A stretch of 61,161 bases of DNA, the filler included, from Basidiobolus ranarum (Eukaryota): the NCBI GenBank assembly GCA_040143965.1. It is 11 parts of 11 records of this genome, joined end to end, with 100 filler letters (N's around TTAATTAATTAA, not from the genome) between each part and the next. Parts side by side here need not be neighbours in the genome. Positions count along the whole stretch, not along the records: positions 55,706 to 61,161 come from JASJQH010001592.1; 10 more parts are not named here. One strand, given 5' to 3'. Below are positions 59,375 through 61,161 of the stretch, piece after piece. Each line of letters opens with the position of its first letter. Within the stretch, counting starts at the first letter, position 1. The translations under genes were made by a program, and so were the position numbers. The notes under the pieces were generated by a model. It was given only the letters and a program-made list of their open reading frames with translations. It was not told where the DNA came from and searched no databases.

Positions 59375-59632
59375 AATCAAACTAGCGATGCCAGATAAAC
59401 AAACATCAACTAGTGAAGTCACACCTGGTGCTACTACCGAACCAATCGATTGTTCGAAACATATTGATGTGGAGAAGGCTAAAGTTATACCTGCCGACGC
59501 CCCAATCAAAATAGCGATGCCAGATAAACAAACATCAACTAGTGAAGCCACACCTCGTGATACTACTGAACCAATCGATTGTTCGAAACATAGTGATTTG
59601 GAGAAAGCCAAAGTAATTTCTATCGATGCCCC
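59375..59632 (+). repeat. 129-bp tandem duplication at the 5' end of MFS copy 2
   Basis: Units start at 59375 and 59504 with ATGs at 59388 and 59517. MPDKQTSTSE..P..TTEPIDCSKH.D.EKAKVI..DAP occurs twice. Confidence 0.95.
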
Positions 59633-61161
59633 GGTTACTTATTTCAAACTCGCATTATCTCAGTTAATATTGGTCTTTGTAAGTCTTACATTGGCCGTAG
59701 TATTGGCTGTGCTGGATCGAACTATCGTAGCTACAGCTCTACCGAAAATCGCTTCTGATTTCAGTGCATTTGATCAAATTACTTGGGTGGCTACTGCATA
59801 TATGTTGACTGCTACAGCTTGTCAGCCTCTCTATGGAAAGGTAACACTTCAATGATCGAGGATTGAATTATTACACAGGCTAATCAGTCCCTCTAGTTTT
59901 CGGATATCTTTGGCTGTAAGCCTACTTTCCTAGCTGCTATTATCATCTTCGAAATTGGAAGTGCTTTGTCTGGAGCTTCACAGTCCATGACTATGCTAAT
60001 TGTGGCTAGAGCCATTGGTGGTATTGGTGGAGGAGGCAGTAAGTATTTTCCTGCGTCATATTATATACAGTTCTCGATATTCATCCCATTATAGTTCAGG
60101 GAATGATTTTCATCATCATAAGTAAGATTATTCCGATCAGAGAGCGTGGAAAATATCAAGGGATTATTAGTGCAGTAGTAAGTCAGCATTCATAGATTAT
60201 GCATACTCGCTCTTAAGGTATAACAGTCGATTCTAATCACTTTTATTTGATCAGGTGGCATTTTCTTCTGTTCTCGGTCCCCTGTTGGGTGGCGTCTTTA
60301 CAGATGACACTACATGGAGGTAAGCTTCTCATCCTCAATACTACCAGCCTATTACCTCATACTCATATTCTTCTCGTCTGATAGATGGGCTTTCTATGTC
60401 AATCTTCCAATTGGGGTCATCACCATCGTTGTTGTCTACTTCTTTCTTCATCTACCTATTGAGCAAAGCTCTCTCCTTGAGAAAATCAAGCGCATCGATT
60501 TTATCGGGACTCTACTACTGTTGGGCTTCATTATCACACTTCTACTACCCACTCAGTGGGGAGGTAGTACATATGCATGGAACTCGCCAGAAATCATTTC
60601 CCTTTACTGTGTCTCTGGGGCACTTCTAATTTCATTCATTGTTGTGGAGTATCGTTTCGCTGTTGAGCCAATTATTCCGTGCCACTTATTTGGAATACGT
60701 ACCCTAGTATTTAATTTCATGGTTAGGATTTTCTACGGAATGTTTTTCTTCGGCCTGGTTTATTATATTCCATTATATTATCAAATTGTTCGTGGAGAAT
60801 CTGCCATCAGTTCCGGACTTGAGATGTTGCCAATGGTACTGTCAATATCCTCCTGCAGTATTGCTACTGGATATATGATCTCAAAAACGGGTTACACTAT
60901 AGTTTGGTGCTGGATAGGCTCGGCGATTATGACGGTTGGAGCAGGATTGCTTATCATGTTCGATGCTACTACTAGTACCAGCAAACAAATCGGATTCCTG
61001 TTTCTCTTGGGCGTAGGAGCTGGTGGCTGTCCACAAGCTTTAATCTTGTCAGGCCAAGCAGCAGTTGCACGTAAGGATGTGAGCGTGGTAACTGCTTTAT
61101 CAGCATTTTCACGATCAATCGGTGGTGTACTCGGAATCGCAATCTTTGGTTCAATATTCAA
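59388..61161 (+). CDS. MFS DHA2 efflux transporter 2 (tandem paralog, 3'-truncated); join(59388..59840,59897..60038,60095..60177,60255..60319,60385..>61161)
   Basis: Same motifs and identical intron positions and phases as copy 1. Confidence 0.92.

Noticed and set aside
1-61161. Apparent biosynthetic gene cluster (acyl-CoA ligase, oxidoreductase, NRPS, MFS pumps)
   Set aside because: The genes lie on different size-sorted contigs, so their proximity is an artefact of concatenation.

Overview
This window is not one locus. It is 11 small draft-assembly contigs of 5482 down to 5456 bp, sorted by length and joined by an artificial N44-TTAATTAATTAA-N44 linker, so adjacency across linkers carries no biological meaning. 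The DNA is fungal (short GT-AG introns with CTAA-type branch points). An early-diverging fungus such as Basidiobolus or a Mortierella relative is inferred, not proven. Host genes include a 4CL-like acyl-CoA ligase, a tandem-PAS protein, a GPI-anchored S/T/P-rich protein, a J-protein, an auxin-efflux-carrier-family transporter, an AMID/FSP1-like oxidoreductase, an F-box/ankyrin-like orphan and two tandem DHA2 MFS pumps. Pseudogenes include a large-subunit catalase and an NRPS starter gene. There are many nested, decayed, CpG-stripped copia, gypsy and CACTA elements. The main highlight is an intact, non-mobile, ~910-aa rvt-class cellular reverse transcriptase (22500-25238, minus strand; RSDFEWF, RGVP, YRIHDD). 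It lies head-to-head with the AMID/FSP1-like gene, with a pair of inverted TGACG sites in its promoter region. Other highlights are a bacterial-type NRPS with dual E/C domains, a second bacterial-type NRPS carrying two spliceosomal introns, and a TE-restricted loss of CpG.
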